DNA from: Sminthopsis crassicaudata
Taxonomy: Eukaryota
DNA length: 64,000 bases
Direction of reading: 5' to 3'
Assembly: GCF_048593235.1 (NCBI RefSeq)
Contig: NC_133619.1
Location: forward strand, 604,354,558 to 604,418,557
Every line of letters begins with the position of its first letter. Within the stretch, counting starts at the first letter, position 1. The translations under genes were made by a program, and so were the position numbers. The notes beneath the pieces are model-generated. The model saw only the letters and a program-made list of their open reading frames with translations. It searched no databases and was not told the DNA's origin. Below, piece after piece: positions 1 to 12,556 of the stretch.

Positions 1-87
1 GTTGACACTGCAAAGGTCAGTGGTCAAAGGTACTCTGCTGGGCCTAGGGCAGACTAGTAATTGTAATTGCTAGGAGGGCATGTTACC
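1..87 (+). mobile_element. 3' end (U5) of an LTR, same family as the solo LTR at 54823-55399, truncated by the window edge
   Basis: Matches the reverse complement of 54823-54909 without gaps (about 73/87 identities by manual count). Ends ...CATGTTACC where the other copy ends ...CACGTTACA. Confidence 0.75.
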
Positions 88-243
88 CTACTATGTACAC
101 CAGGCCTATACTAAGCACTTGGGTGGCTCACAACCTCTCAGTTGCAGAGAAAGGCATAGGAGCTTTCTCAGCCCTACATAATTCCAATGCCTTTCTTCTA
201 TTAATTATTTCCTATGTATCTTACATATAACTTAATTTGTAGG

Positions 244-480
244 AGTAGTTAGGTGGGAAAGTGAACAGAGCATAAATAAATACACTGAATAGAGACTCAT
301 ATTCTTGAGTTCAAATCCAGTCTCAAACACCTACTAGCTATGTGATGCTGTGCAAATCACCTAACCTGTTTGCCTCAGTTTCCCCACCTGTAAAATGAAC
401 TGGAGAAGAAATGGCAAACCATACCAGGATCAATATCTTTGCCAAGAAAATCCCAAATGGGGTTGAACACAATTGAACAG
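244..480 (+). mobile_element. MAR1/MIR-type CORE-SINE (representative of many copies in the window)
   Basis: tRNA-like head (GAGTTCAAATCC), CORE (GCCTCAGTTTCCCCACCTGTAAAATG) and tail TGGAGAAGAAATGGCAAACC...TCTTTGCCAAGAAAATCCCAAATGGGG. Confidence 0.7.
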
Positions 481-3400
481 ATTGTTTGTTTGCATATTTG
501 CATGTTGTCCTCTGCTAAGCTGTAAGCTTATTAAGAGGCCAGGGATTGTCTTTTGCCTCTATTTGTGTCCCATATTTAGCACATTACCTGGCACATAGGA
601 GGTTCTTAATAAGTGCTTTTTGAATTGACTGAGAAAGTGCCAACCTGAATGGACTGAACAGGTTTCCTATTAGGGAGATCCCAATTCCAGTAAAATCACA
701 GGTCCTGTCCCTAATATTCTTAGCCAAATCACAAGTGGGTGACAGTGTTGAAAATACCTACTTACCATCCAATAATATCAACTCTCCTTTCTATAGGACT
801 TTGAGAATTGCAAAGCATTTTCCTCACAACTACCAGGTGAAGTGAAGCAATAGAAGTATTATCATTTCCATGTTACAAAAGACAATTTAAGCTTAGGGAA
901 TTAAAATGACATGATCCAAGTCAAGCAACTATTAAGTGTAAGTTTCAATCTGATGGGATAAATGGACTCCAGCAAAATACCATGAACTTAGTAGCAACCC
1001 AGTATCTAAATAAGCCCCAGTGAGGAGAAAGCTGACTCTCTAGAATTATCTTGTACAGACATAACTATCCTGTGCTGACACACCCACTATTACCATATAC
1101 AATTTGAAGATTAAGCTACAGACCTCCATAGGGTATTTTGTACTTACAAAATTAGCAAAGTTTGCACACCTTGCCCTAGGTTATTTCCCATAAAAAGTCC
1201 TCCCTCCCTCCTTGTTAATTGAGAGTTAATTATGAACTTTACCCTCCTTATGGCATCCCAGGAAAGTCTTGACTCTTGGTTTGGAGATGGTTTGAGCCTC
1301 TGAATTCATTCCAGTAACTCCCTACTTTTGTGATTTGTTGTATCTCATCATCACTTGCTATAACTCATCAGAACCATAGCTAACTTATCTTTTTACCCCA
1401 CACACCCATCCCAGAACCCAAAAAAGAGGCAGATTGAAGGAAGCAATATATCTGTGAACATTTCAAAATCACAGGTCTGGGGCAAAGTCACCCAATTCTT
1501 TCCATCTTTAAAAATTCCTCTTTGCCCATTTTTGCTCTCACTAGAGTAATTATCTCACTTTCTAAAGCAGTGATTCTCAATCTTTTTTACACTTCATAAT
1601 CCTTGGTCTTCAGTCTTCTATTCAACATGAAATGAAATAAAATCATGGGTAGACACTTAAGAAAAAGAGAATCACTAATGGAGAAATAGTTATTTGTCCA
1701 CTATTTCCTGTACCCCTTGGGACAAACTTCTTAATGCTCTTGGGACATGGGAACCCCTGGTATAAATCATGGTCCTCATTTTTTTTTCCATTTTGCAAAG
1801 GCACCAGTTTGCTTGTGTGGATTAGAATAGGTCCCATCTACCCCTTTTCTGGCTTTAACCAGTTTTCCTAGTCTGGATCACTACATCCTAAAACTCCCTA
1901 CTCTAAACAGAATCAATTAAGTATTTATGTGGGACCAAGTACACAAAAAAAATGTGGTAGCTTACTTTCCAATTAAAAAGACAAATGAAAGGTCTGAGTT
2001 TTTTCTGCCTTGGTGAGAGAACCTTTCTGGACCTCAGTTTCCTCAACTGTAAAATGAGATAATTAGATTAAATGACTTTAAAAGGTGCCTAATTACCAGC
2101 TCAAATATTTGGTGTTCTAAAGTTCTTGTTCTCACCATTAACAATCTGGGCTGAAGTTCCTTTTCCTTTGACATTCTCTTCACACATTCTCAGTTTTGAT
2201 AACTCTTCCTTTTGCTAACAGTATAAAGACCCTTCTGACAACTCCTATTAACATGATTTAAAAATAAATTTTAAAAAAGTTAAAAAAAGAATCATGGCAT
2301 GAATGAAAATTCAGAGACAAGAAACTCTTGTTAATCAGTAGTTATTATCCACCATCACTGCCCTAGGCTTTGAGCTAAACAGAGAGAGAATGGTGGTCTC
2401 CAGGGTTCCCTCCTCCACAGACTGCCCCCCCTTCTCAAAACACACATATTTTGAATTCCTCTGTTATCAGATAGGTAATCAGCACATCCCAAAAGCCAGC
2501 CTCCTAACTCCTGCATTTGAAAGGAAGGGGCCCAGAATTCCTCCCCAATCCCTCCTCCCCCAACCACACACAAAGCAAGACATTCCCAAGCTGGGCCCTG
2601 CCTATCTTTCCTTCTCCCCCCCATTCTTCACCCCCCAAAAAGAAAAGGCATGGGGGAGGGGCAAAGGGCTGAGCTTCCCTTCTGTAGGGCCTAGCCAGGA
2701 AAACAAAGAACTGACGCTGGTTGGTCCCAGTGGCCAGATTCCAGGAGAAGCAGAGGTGGCAACCCTCCCCCACACTCCCTAGAATCTGAAATCTCCCTTT
2801 CCTCATCTTTCCCTTCGCATTCTCAGAAGTCCCACAAGACAGAGATGCTGACCAAACTCCCATCCCCCTCCTTTACTCTCTAGACTCATATGAAATGAGG
2901 GACACACACATAGCTCCTTATTTCCCCACCCACCCAAGCTTCTGGTTGGTAACAGCTGCATTACATCCAAAGTGGACAGGCAGGACAGGATGCCCCATCT
3001 CCAAGGGCTTACTCTAGCTCCCCCTTCACTAATCAGGGCAAGGGGGCGGGGGTGTCTCAGGGAGAAGAAGCTGCCTTAGAGTCATCCTCCCTCCCACTGC
3101 AATAAAGTCCCAACTTTTAACGACTTGGGAGGTTTTTTCATTCATTATTCCATTCCATATTAGTAGACTCAGGAGCAGGGTGCCTGATTCTCTACAGCCC
3201 AGCTGGTCAGAGAATTCTGAAGGACAATCTCTGGAAGCAGTCAGGGCTCAGTAGTAGAGACCTCTTTCAAGTAACCCATCCAGACCCCACTTTGTAATCC
3301 TTAAAGAACTTGATTTGGTAACTCTTTTCAAGCAGAGTTCTTACTTGGGGACCCCAGGTTCTTTGCCAGCAAAACACAAGCTCTGGCAGGGCAATGACAG

Positions 3401-3567
3401 CTGAAAAGCCTTGGATCACCAGCCCAGTGATATCATAGCTCAGATAAGTTCAGATAAGCCGGGACCAGGTCCATCTGCTGTAGGTTGATGGAATTGTTTA
3501 GCCATACTAGAGGGGCTTGAGAACTGATCCACAAATCCTGAAAATACTAAAGTACAATTATCTGTAC

Positions 3568-3721
3568 NNNNNNNNNNNNNNNNNNNNNNNNNNNNNNNNN
3601 NNNNNNNNNNNNNNNNNNNNNNNNNNNNNNNNNNNNNNNNNNNNNNNNNNNNNNNNNNNNNNNNNNNNNNNNNNNNNNNNNNNNNNNNNNNNNNNNNNNN
3701 NNNNNNNNNNNNNNNNNNNNN
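3568..3721. other. Assembly gap (154 N)
   Basis: Run of N characters. Confidence 1.
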
Positions 3722-5561
3722 ACTCAATGACCTACCACAATGCTCTGAAAGAAGGTAGTTAATAAATGCTTTTTGAATAGATAAATGTTTGTTGAATGGA
3801 AAGGCTGGGGCAGAAAGGCTCCAGTAAAAAGGGACATGATTTTCAAAGGATGGATGCCTCTCCATATTCTTCAGTCTGTCTGTCTCTCTCCTATTCTCCA
3901 TACACACCCTAACCCCATCCTGAGCCTTAGGAAGGACAAGAAAACTGACAAATTACCCCCATCCTAACTCCTAGGGAATTTCTGAGATCCCAAACAAGGT
4001 TTATATTGGTGAGGGAGCGTACTGAGCTCAGAATAATAACTCACATTTCTATATACGCTTCCTTTGTACTCATCCTGTAAAGAGGGTCTTAGAGTTGTTG
4101 TTCCCATGAGAAACTCAAAGCACAGAAGTTAACTGACTCACCATATGAGAATAGCTTCTATTAAACAACGTCTCTCTTTGCCCTCCCACCCTCCACTCTA
4201 GTCCTTTAAAGTTTGCAAATTCTTTTCCGTATACTACAGGTATCATCTCCATTTTCAAGGTGGGAAAACTGAGGCAGAGATTAAGTGACTTGACTCAGTG
4301 TCCCATGAGGATACCGGTAAGGATCTGAGTCGAGATCCCAAACTGGTATTCTTGCCTCCAAGTTCAATACAGTCTACCACGAGGCAGCTGTTGTTAAGTT
4401 CACCGAGTCATGTCCGAGTCTTCCTGACCCCATTTGGAGTTTTTCTTTGCAAAAATACTGGAGTGGCTTGCCATTTCCTTCTCCAGATCATTTTACTGAT
4501 GAGGAAACTGAAGTATACAGGATTAAATGACTTGCTCTGAGTCACACAGCCAGTGTTTGAATCAAAATCTGAACTCGGGTCTTTCATAGTATCTACTTGA
4601 GTTTCTAGCTCTATCCACTCTATCACCTAATTGAGGCAGCTAGGTGATCTGGTAAGGTGTTATATTTGAGTCAGAATAACCTCAGATACTTACTAGCCAT
4701 GTAGACTATTCACCTAACCCCACTCCCTGCTTCAATTTTCCCATGTTTAAATTAGGCGGAAACTAATGACCTCGATGTCAGCTCTCAGCTCTAAAGCCTT
4801 TGGCTTTTAATTAGAGCCCTCCTCTTCTTACATCTTATATCTTTCACATACTCCATCCAGTGACACTGCCTTTTCTTTGCTGCTTCTCATCTAAGATACT
4901 CCATCTTCACAATCAAAGGCATTTTCACTGGCTGTGTGCCATTCCCGAAACTCTTTCCCTCCTCATCTCTGCCTATTAACTTCCTTAAGTCCCAGCTGAA
5001 ATCCCAGTTTCTGCAAGAAGCCTTTCTCAATCCCCTTTAAAGCTAATGCGTCTTCTGTTGATAGTCTACAGCTTGTCCTCTACATGTCTTGTTTGTATTG
5101 TGTCTCCTTTACCAGACTGTGAGTTTCTTGAAATTTTTTTACCTCTTTTTTTTTTAAATGAGGCTTTTCATATATTAAACAATTAATAAAATATTAACTG
5201 AATGACCACAGGTGCCCAATATTCTGAATTCCTTTGAATCTCCCCATGAAAAGAAGGGGGTGTAAAGGATTCCTCTAACAATCCCTCTGCTCAGTAGAAA
5301 ATTCACATTTTCCACTTAAATGCTTGTTGAATGGGAGGGCTAGGAATGCTAAAGATCCTAGGGGAGGCAGATATTTTATTATGCACATTTTACAAATGTT
5401 GAATGGTAAGACCTAGTATTCAGATCTTCTGTCTGTCATTTTCCCACTAAGTGATGTTACTCTTACCTCTTCGAAGACAATTCTTTAGAAACAGAGGAGG
5501 TGGAAAGGAAAAACCAGAAATCCCAGTCTCCCCTCCGAATCCTTAACTTGACTTAACTTGA

Positions 5562-5577
5562 CCAGCAGGTGGCGCTG
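5562..5577 (+). promoter_or_regulatory. CTCF-binding motif
   Basis: CCAGCAGGTGGCGCTG matches the CTCF core consensus CCASYAGRKGGCRS, with a retained CpG in CpG-poor surroundings. Confidence 0.7.
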
Positions 5578-7699
5578 CTGGAATGTCTAAGGAATCCACT
5601 GTTCTTTAATACAAGTATTTCCTGGGCTTTTCTGTACTCTTTGGTTTTCAGTCAGACATCCTATACTCCCCGTTTGTTAAAAAGGAAAAAAAAATTCTAT
5701 AGTCTACTATGAATATGCACGCAGGGAAAAGCCACAGACCTTCTTCCTTAAGAAAGGAAATGAATCTTGAAATTTACTATGTATTTGCACGTGTGAAATA
5801 AACCACATTAATCAACTACAATAGGATAAGAGCAATCTACGACATCCTCAGGAGGAGCTTTTAGGCTGAGAACTCCCATGCAAGTGGGAAACCATAGAAA
5901 GTAGAAAGTAATCCCTCACTTTTTGCAGCAACAAAGTATCCATCTATCAAATGAGAAATCTATAACCATTCTTTGCTACATAGCTGGCTGCCCAGGAGCA
6001 AAAGAGATATGTGAGAAACTGCAGGTGATGCAGAAACAAAAGACAGCCAGTGGTCCTTCCACCCACTCTAAGTGAGCAATGACTCCTGAGGAGATTGATC
6101 CTAGATGCAGGAGCAAAGGCTGAGGAGGAATCTAGTTATTATCTTCAGCACATGTCCCTTCTCCACCTGCAATTCAGGTAGGTTTTCTTGAACAACGTTC
6201 TCCTGTCCCTTTTCTAAGGGCCTTCAAGAGGATTTAGGATTACAGATCTAGGTAGAACCAGAAGAGATTTCAAAGGCCATCTAGAAACTTCAAGAAACTC
6301 GGGGAGATTAAGTGATTTATTCATGGTCACACAATAGTAAACATTCTGGAAGGGATTTAACCATAGCTCCTTTCTCTTCAGAGCCAGTGTTCAGCTCCAC
6401 AAATCCCACTCTAATTCTGGGAGGCCATGAATGATATGCAACCAAAAGAAAGGTGTACTAGGAGTCAAAAATCTTGGGTTCTAGTTTCTCTACTAGTAAG
6501 AGTGACTCTGGACAGTTCAGTGTCTCTGGACCTCAATTCCCTATTCAACAAAAGCAAACAAACATTTATTAAGCATTTAGTGTGTGCTGGTGAGATTTAA
6601 AGCTAAGATAATACAGGGACTGTGACCTCTTAGAAATCAGTCTGGTAAGTTATGGTGGACTTTAGTTCCCCCTCCAGCTCTTAATATTCTATGATTTTGT
6701 CAACCCTATGTGGTATGACCTGCCCCTTAAGTTAGATGGCCTACTCCATGAAAATAAGGGTAATTCAATTTCATTACTCAAACCTGGAAGGTAGGGAGTA
6801 AAAGTGAAAGCTTCACTGCAGAGTCAGAGATAAAGAGAATAAAGCAGCACAGCTGGTTCAGTAGTGATTAGAAAGGTTCCTCCTTCCTTCACTTAATTAA
6901 AAGAAGGACTTTTTTACTTACTAACTGGTTCCCACTTTGGATCTTCTCCTCTTATCCCTCCATTCCAGGGGTAGAAAACAAACCAATCTTCATGCCAGAT
7001 TAATTCAATAAACATTTACTAAGTACTTAACTAGGTTCTGGGGAATACAAAGACTTTTTTTTTTTTTTTTTTTTTTTAAAGGGAAACTAGCTTACATTCC
7101 ACTATCTCAAGAGATAATTTTTGGCTCCTCTGCAATCTCTCTTCTTTTCTCCTTTCTCCTAAACTACAGGATATCAAATCACTTAATGATTTTCAGGGAA
7201 GAAATGATCTTCTAAAATATTGGAATGAAAAATTATATGACCAACTCAACCTTTCTATCATGTGCATAGCCACTACTGCATCTGAGTTATCCTGGTCTAT
7301 ACTTTTGCACCAGGCTACTTTAAACTCTCCTCCCAGAAAGAGGCTTCATGATTAGAGTTCATAGCCAAACTGAAAATAAATTTCTTCTACCTTACTCAGG
7401 AAGCTTGCACACTCAAATAGGCCCTTGCCCTTAAGCCATGACCATTTATATCTATGGTACTATGGGAGATAGAGAGATGAAAGTTCTCCTTGTCAGAAGA
7501 CAAGGACTTTGTATTGGGGGTGGAAATAAGACATAGGAATTGGAACCAGAGGTTAGAGATCCTCTCAGCTAACCCCTACATTTTACAGACCAGGAAACTG
7601 AGGGGGGAAAAGAGTGATTTGTCCAAGGTCACATGGGACATACTGAAAGCTGGTGGTAGCACAGGGAGCATCCTTGACCAAACAAGGAATGGGCAGTCA

Positions 7700-8690
7700 C
7701 AATTTGCTTACATAAAACTGAAAAACTTTTACACAAACAAAAGCAATGCAACTAGGCTAAGAAAATCAGTTGTCCAAGATTTATAGAGAGTTGACATGAA
7801 TATATAAAACAGCCATTCAGTCATTCTCCAGTGGATAAGTAGTCATCAACGGATGTGACAAGCCATTTTCCAAAATACGATCAACTTTAACAATCATGTG
7901 AAAGATTGCTCCAAATGACTACTACTAAAACACACAATAGCTCTTACTGAGGTTTTACCTCATATCTAGAAAATTAGCAAAATGACCAAAAAAAGATAAT
8001 AATCAAATGTTGGAGTGATTATAAAAGAACAAGCATATATTTGGTAAAATGTTGGTAGAGCTTTGAAACACATCAACTATTCTGGAAAACAATTTTGGAA
8101 TAAAGTGACTAAAACACCCATATCCTTTGACCCAGAGATGTGGCTGCTTTGGAATATGCTCCCAAGTTACTCTAAGACAGGTTCTACATACAACAATATA
8201 TTTATGGCAATATTATTTGTGATAGCAGAGAATTGAAAACAAGGTGATCACCTATCAATTGGGAAGTAGCTAAACAAATTGTAGTAGGCAAATGAAGTAG
8301 AATATTATTACATTGTAAGAAAAGACAAGTAGAAAGAATATAGATAAAGCAGAAGCTGAGTGAAATAAACAGACATAAGAAAAAACCCAATTATATAAAT
8401 GATAACAGCAATGTAAACAGAAGTCATTACTACAACTATCACCACAAGAAAATCTTGGCATCTTGTGCAATTATAATGGCCCTAGAAGAAACGAATTAAT
8501 GTTCTTCCCTCCCTTTGCTGAGACAACTGTATATATTGTCAACCTTGGTTGCTTAGTTTTGCTGATTTTCTTTTTGCTTCCCTCTTCTCTTTTTAAATTA
8601 TTATATCAAGATAGATGTTGCTAGAATAGGAACGGTGGGAGTAGAGTCAGGAAGATCTAAGCTCAATTCTAACTTTGGACATTTACTAGC
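7700..8690 (+). mobile_element. Old L1 fragment (ORF2 C-terminus and 3' UTR)
   Basis: Degenerate L1 ORF2 (YIKLKNFYTNKSNATR, ORF track 7490-7786) followed by an A-rich L1-like 3' region. Confidence 0.7.
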
Positions 8691-8899
8691 TGTATGTTTG
8701 TTAGTAAGTCACTTAACCTGTACCTCAGTTTCCTCAACTATAAAATGGGGATAATAAATAGCAACTCCATCCACTGGCTTGTGAAATCAAATGCAATAGT
8801 ATTTGTAAAGTACTTATCATAGTATCTGGCACACACTAGGAGTTTAATATAAAACATTTTTAAAAAGAATTTACTAAAAAAAAAAAAGAAACTATTTAA

Positions 8900-9120
8900 A
8901 ATCACCAGCAAATATCTCCAATGGGGATAAGCTAGAAGCCTTCCCAATGGGACCAGCAGTGAAGTAGGGATGCCAATTATCAGCACGATTATTCAATATA
9001 GTGCTAGAAATGTTAGCTATAACAAGAAGAAAAATAAATTAAAGGGATAGGCAATGAGGAAACTCTTTGGAGATGATATGATGATGTGCCTAGAGAACCC
9101 TAAAGCATCAACTAAAAAAA
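8900..9120 (+). mobile_element. L1 ORF2 reverse-transcriptase fragment
   Basis: Encodes LFGDDMMMCLENPKASTK, a variant of the L1 RT F/YADD motif region. Confidence 0.75.
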
Positions 9121-9882
9121 GAAACCACATCATAACCCAACCTTTTGCCACATATGTCTCTTTTCTAGAGATTAAGGTCAACTTCTCCCATTCCCTTTCT
9201 GTTCTAGGCAGAATTGGAAATAACAGCTTTAATGATTATCCTCCAGATTTATGTGGTTCCACCTTGTTGACCTCCACCAAGTACCTAGGAAATTACCCAC
9301 TTCACACTATTACAGTAAAGAGACACAAAGAGTGAGACCCAGGTCCCAGCTCTGTAGGTATAATAGATTTCTAGCTATATTTATATGACTATTTAGTATC
9401 TTCTCCAAGATCCACAATCTGCTATGTCCCTTCCAACTCTTGGGCAAAAGGGGCTACACAATCATGTTCATTGTGACCCAAGACAATCAAAGTGCCATCT
9501 ACAGCATCCTTCTCCATCTACACTCCCTATACCACCAAGTCACAAAACCCTATCATCTTTGCTCACTTAGAACACTTTCTTCAGAATCAATTGTTGCCTA
9601 TAATTCCATTCTCCTAACTTCCTGAGAATCACCAAATGATGTTAGCTAATTTAAGTCCACCTTTCAACCTACTGCTAGAAAAGGCTTTTGAGATCATTTC
9701 AAAAATAAATGAAGATCCTAGATGGGAAGTGACATATACCCCAGAATATTCTGTAATATACTGGCATGGCTGGTGTTGGAACTCTGGTTGCTAGGATCTC
9801 TTTCTGCTGCATTACCCTGAGGTTTTGGAGGGATTTTTTTGGATTTTGGAACCAAAATCACTTCACCAACACAATTTTTATA

Positions 9883-9960
9883 CGGGATATCCCAGAAATC
9901 TTAGTGAAGCTATAAGGTATCAAGGGCTTAAAACTGCATTAAAACTTTTGGGACATCCTG
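9883..9960. mobile_element. 78-bp Tc1/mariner-type MITE
   Basis: TA|CGGGATATCCCAGAA...TTTTGGGACATCCTG|TA: imperfect terminal inverted repeats, TA on both sides, palindromic body. Confidence 0.65.
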
Positions 9961-10875
9961 TACAAAGCCTTTAAAGTTTGCAAAAGCACTTTCTTCACAG
10001 CTACATGGTACTGTATTATTTGCCCCACTTTATATTTCAAGAAACTGAAGCTCAATGAGATGTGTCTTATAGGAAGTGGCAGACTAGAGTACTCAAATCC
10101 AGACACTTCTGACTCTGAGGCAAATGCTATTTCTCCTACAACCAGCTTGTTATTCTTCTCAGCTTGGAAATGTCCTCATTTTCTTCATATAGAGGCCAGC
10201 ATATTCCTCTATATTCTGCATTCTGAGATGAGGAATATATGTGAGAATGGGTGAGATGGGTAGGAACTCAGATTCCATCAGTTACAAACTATGGAGAGCA
10301 TTAGCATTTGCTGAATCAAAGGGCTATCACAAGTGAAACATTTCATTATCACAAACCACCATTATCATAAAGCACCATAGAAATGAGGGGGAGGCTGATC
10401 ATTAAAGTAGCTGACATTTAAAAACTATTGATCTCTTTTGATTTTAACTTGGGAGACAGATGTGATGTATCTATAAAACCCTCTCAGAGAATCATAGATT
10501 CAGAGCAAGAAGGGACCTGAAAAGGCCAGTGAGTATTTTCTGGATGAGAAACTGAGGCACAGAAAAGTCAAGTAATTTACCTAGCATAACAAGGCCAGTG
10601 TTTGAGACAGCAAGTTTTTCTGACTCCATCAATCTGTTCTTATCACCCACTAAGGTTACCTACCTATCATTTACTCTGTATGCGTATTGTATCTGTCAGT
10701 TTATACATGTTTTCAGCACCATTAGAACGCAAGTTCATTGAGAAGAAGTATTATTTTTTGCCATTTCCTTCAAATCACAAGTGATTAGAACAGTGTTTTT
10801 GTATACAGCAAAAACTTAATAAATGCTGGATGACTGCCATCAGACTTTCCCCAAAACTGAACCTCAAGAATAAGA

Positions 10876-11038
10876 GCTGGGGGTAGCTAGATGGCACAGT
10901 AGATAGAGAACTGGTCCTGAAGTCAGGAGGGTCTGAGTTCAATTTGGCTTCAGATACTTAACATTTACTAGTGTGATTCTGGGCAAATCACCTGACCCAA
11001 ATTGTCTCAAAAAAAAAAAAAAAAAGAATGAAAGAGAA
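10876..11038 (+). mobile_element. WSINE1-type short SINE with TSD
   Basis: GGGGGTAGCTAGATGGCACAGTAGATAGAG head and A17 tail. TSD AAGAATAAGA at 10866-10875 and 11039-11048. Confidence 0.75.
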
Positions 11039-12378
11039 AAGAATAAGACATTGAAACCCTTAAAATTCACTGTGACTCAGAGAAATGGTTTTACTGTCTC
11101 CCTGTTCAGTTATTTCAATAGGGATGGACCAAGGGGTAAGGGCTGCCCTGTTTTACTCCCAGAAAGGTCTCAAGTTATCCCTACCTCTTCCCCACCCCCT
11201 AAATCTCATTTTCATGGTGCTTTAGAAGCTCTTCCTGAAAAACCCAACTTAAGGCAGGCAGTATAAGTATTATCATTCTTTTTTTTTTTTTTTTTAAACA
11301 GCTGAAGACAACTGATGTTTGAACAGAAGCAACTTCAGGCTAAGAATCTGCAGCCCTGGGACTCAAATCTTAACTCTGACTCTATCATTTTTTGACTTTA
11401 AGTTAATCCCTTTCCTTTCCTGGATTTTAGTTTCTTCATCCATAAAATGAAGGAAAAACTATTGGTTTCTTGCCCCTGGAGGACTCTGAGTCATAGTTAG
11501 ATTGATCACTTGTCAAGGGTGTGAGAGGAGGGACTCTTCTTTGGGGTGTGAATTGAACTGGATTCGATGGCCATGGAAAGCCCTTCCAACTTGAAAATCT
11601 GTGACATTGTCTTTTAGATGGCTACTAAGGTTTCTTCATGGCTCTAAATTGTTTCTTTCAGTACCCCCAAACAGCATTTCTTAGGTCCCTCTTCTAGTAT
11701 AAGGCATTTGCTATTGGGAGCAGATTGAGCTGGGAAAATAGGAGGGAAATGGCAATGGATTTTTCCTCTTAAGGGGCAATGAAAGAGAAGGGCTTGGAAA
11801 GAGGGACTGCTCTTCATTCCCAGGGGGAGAACTTGGTCAATTGGAAGAGAAAGGAGACTAATTAAGATGCAAATAAGTACCACCCCCCATCCCCATTAGA
11901 GCCAGACAGGAAAACTGGCCTGGAACCTAGAAGGCTGGAGGGGTACAAATTGAGGGAGGGGGGCAGAGCAAGCATCTTCCTCCCATCCATACATAGGCAG
12001 GGAGAATAGGAAGTCCCAAAGGAGGTACTACCATAGCTGGTAACAGTGCCAAAGAAATTCTATTTCCTATGTAAAGAAGAACTGCACATGTTTAATATAT
12101 TGGATTACTTGCCATCTAGGTGAAGGGTGGGGGAAGGGAGGGAGAAAAAATTTGGAGCATGAGGTTTTGCAAAAGTGAATGTTGGAAACTATCTATGTAT
12201 ATGTTTTGAAAATGAAAAGCTTTTTAAAAAAAGAAAAATTCTATTTTCTCATAGTAAAATGTAAGCTTTCAAGAGACACCTTCTGTCTAGACATCCTCAG
12301 GATCCAGACTCATAAAGCTTTGTATATAGTAGGGTCTTAATAAATGCTTATTGAATTAATTTGAAGGAAGAAGAGCAG

Positions 12379-12556
12379 CAGGGCTTCTAAACCTAGGATT
12401 CATAAGACTGTTTTTTTAAATTTTTGATAACTGTAGTTCTACATTGGTTTTCTTTGCAATTCTATTTTATTTATGCATTTAAAAATCCTTCTGAGAAGGG
12501 GGTCTATTGACTTTACCCAAAAACTCCAGAAAACATAAAAAGGCTAACAAATCCTG
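12379..12556. mobile_element. Old hAT/Charlie (MER5-like) non-autonomous DNA transposon
   Basis: CAGGGCTTCTAAACCT...AGGCTAACAAATCCTG termini. No TSD recoverable. Confidence 0.5.

Noticed and set aside
3440-3907. ORFs of 155 and 81 aa
   Set aside because: They read through the N gap and are artefacts.
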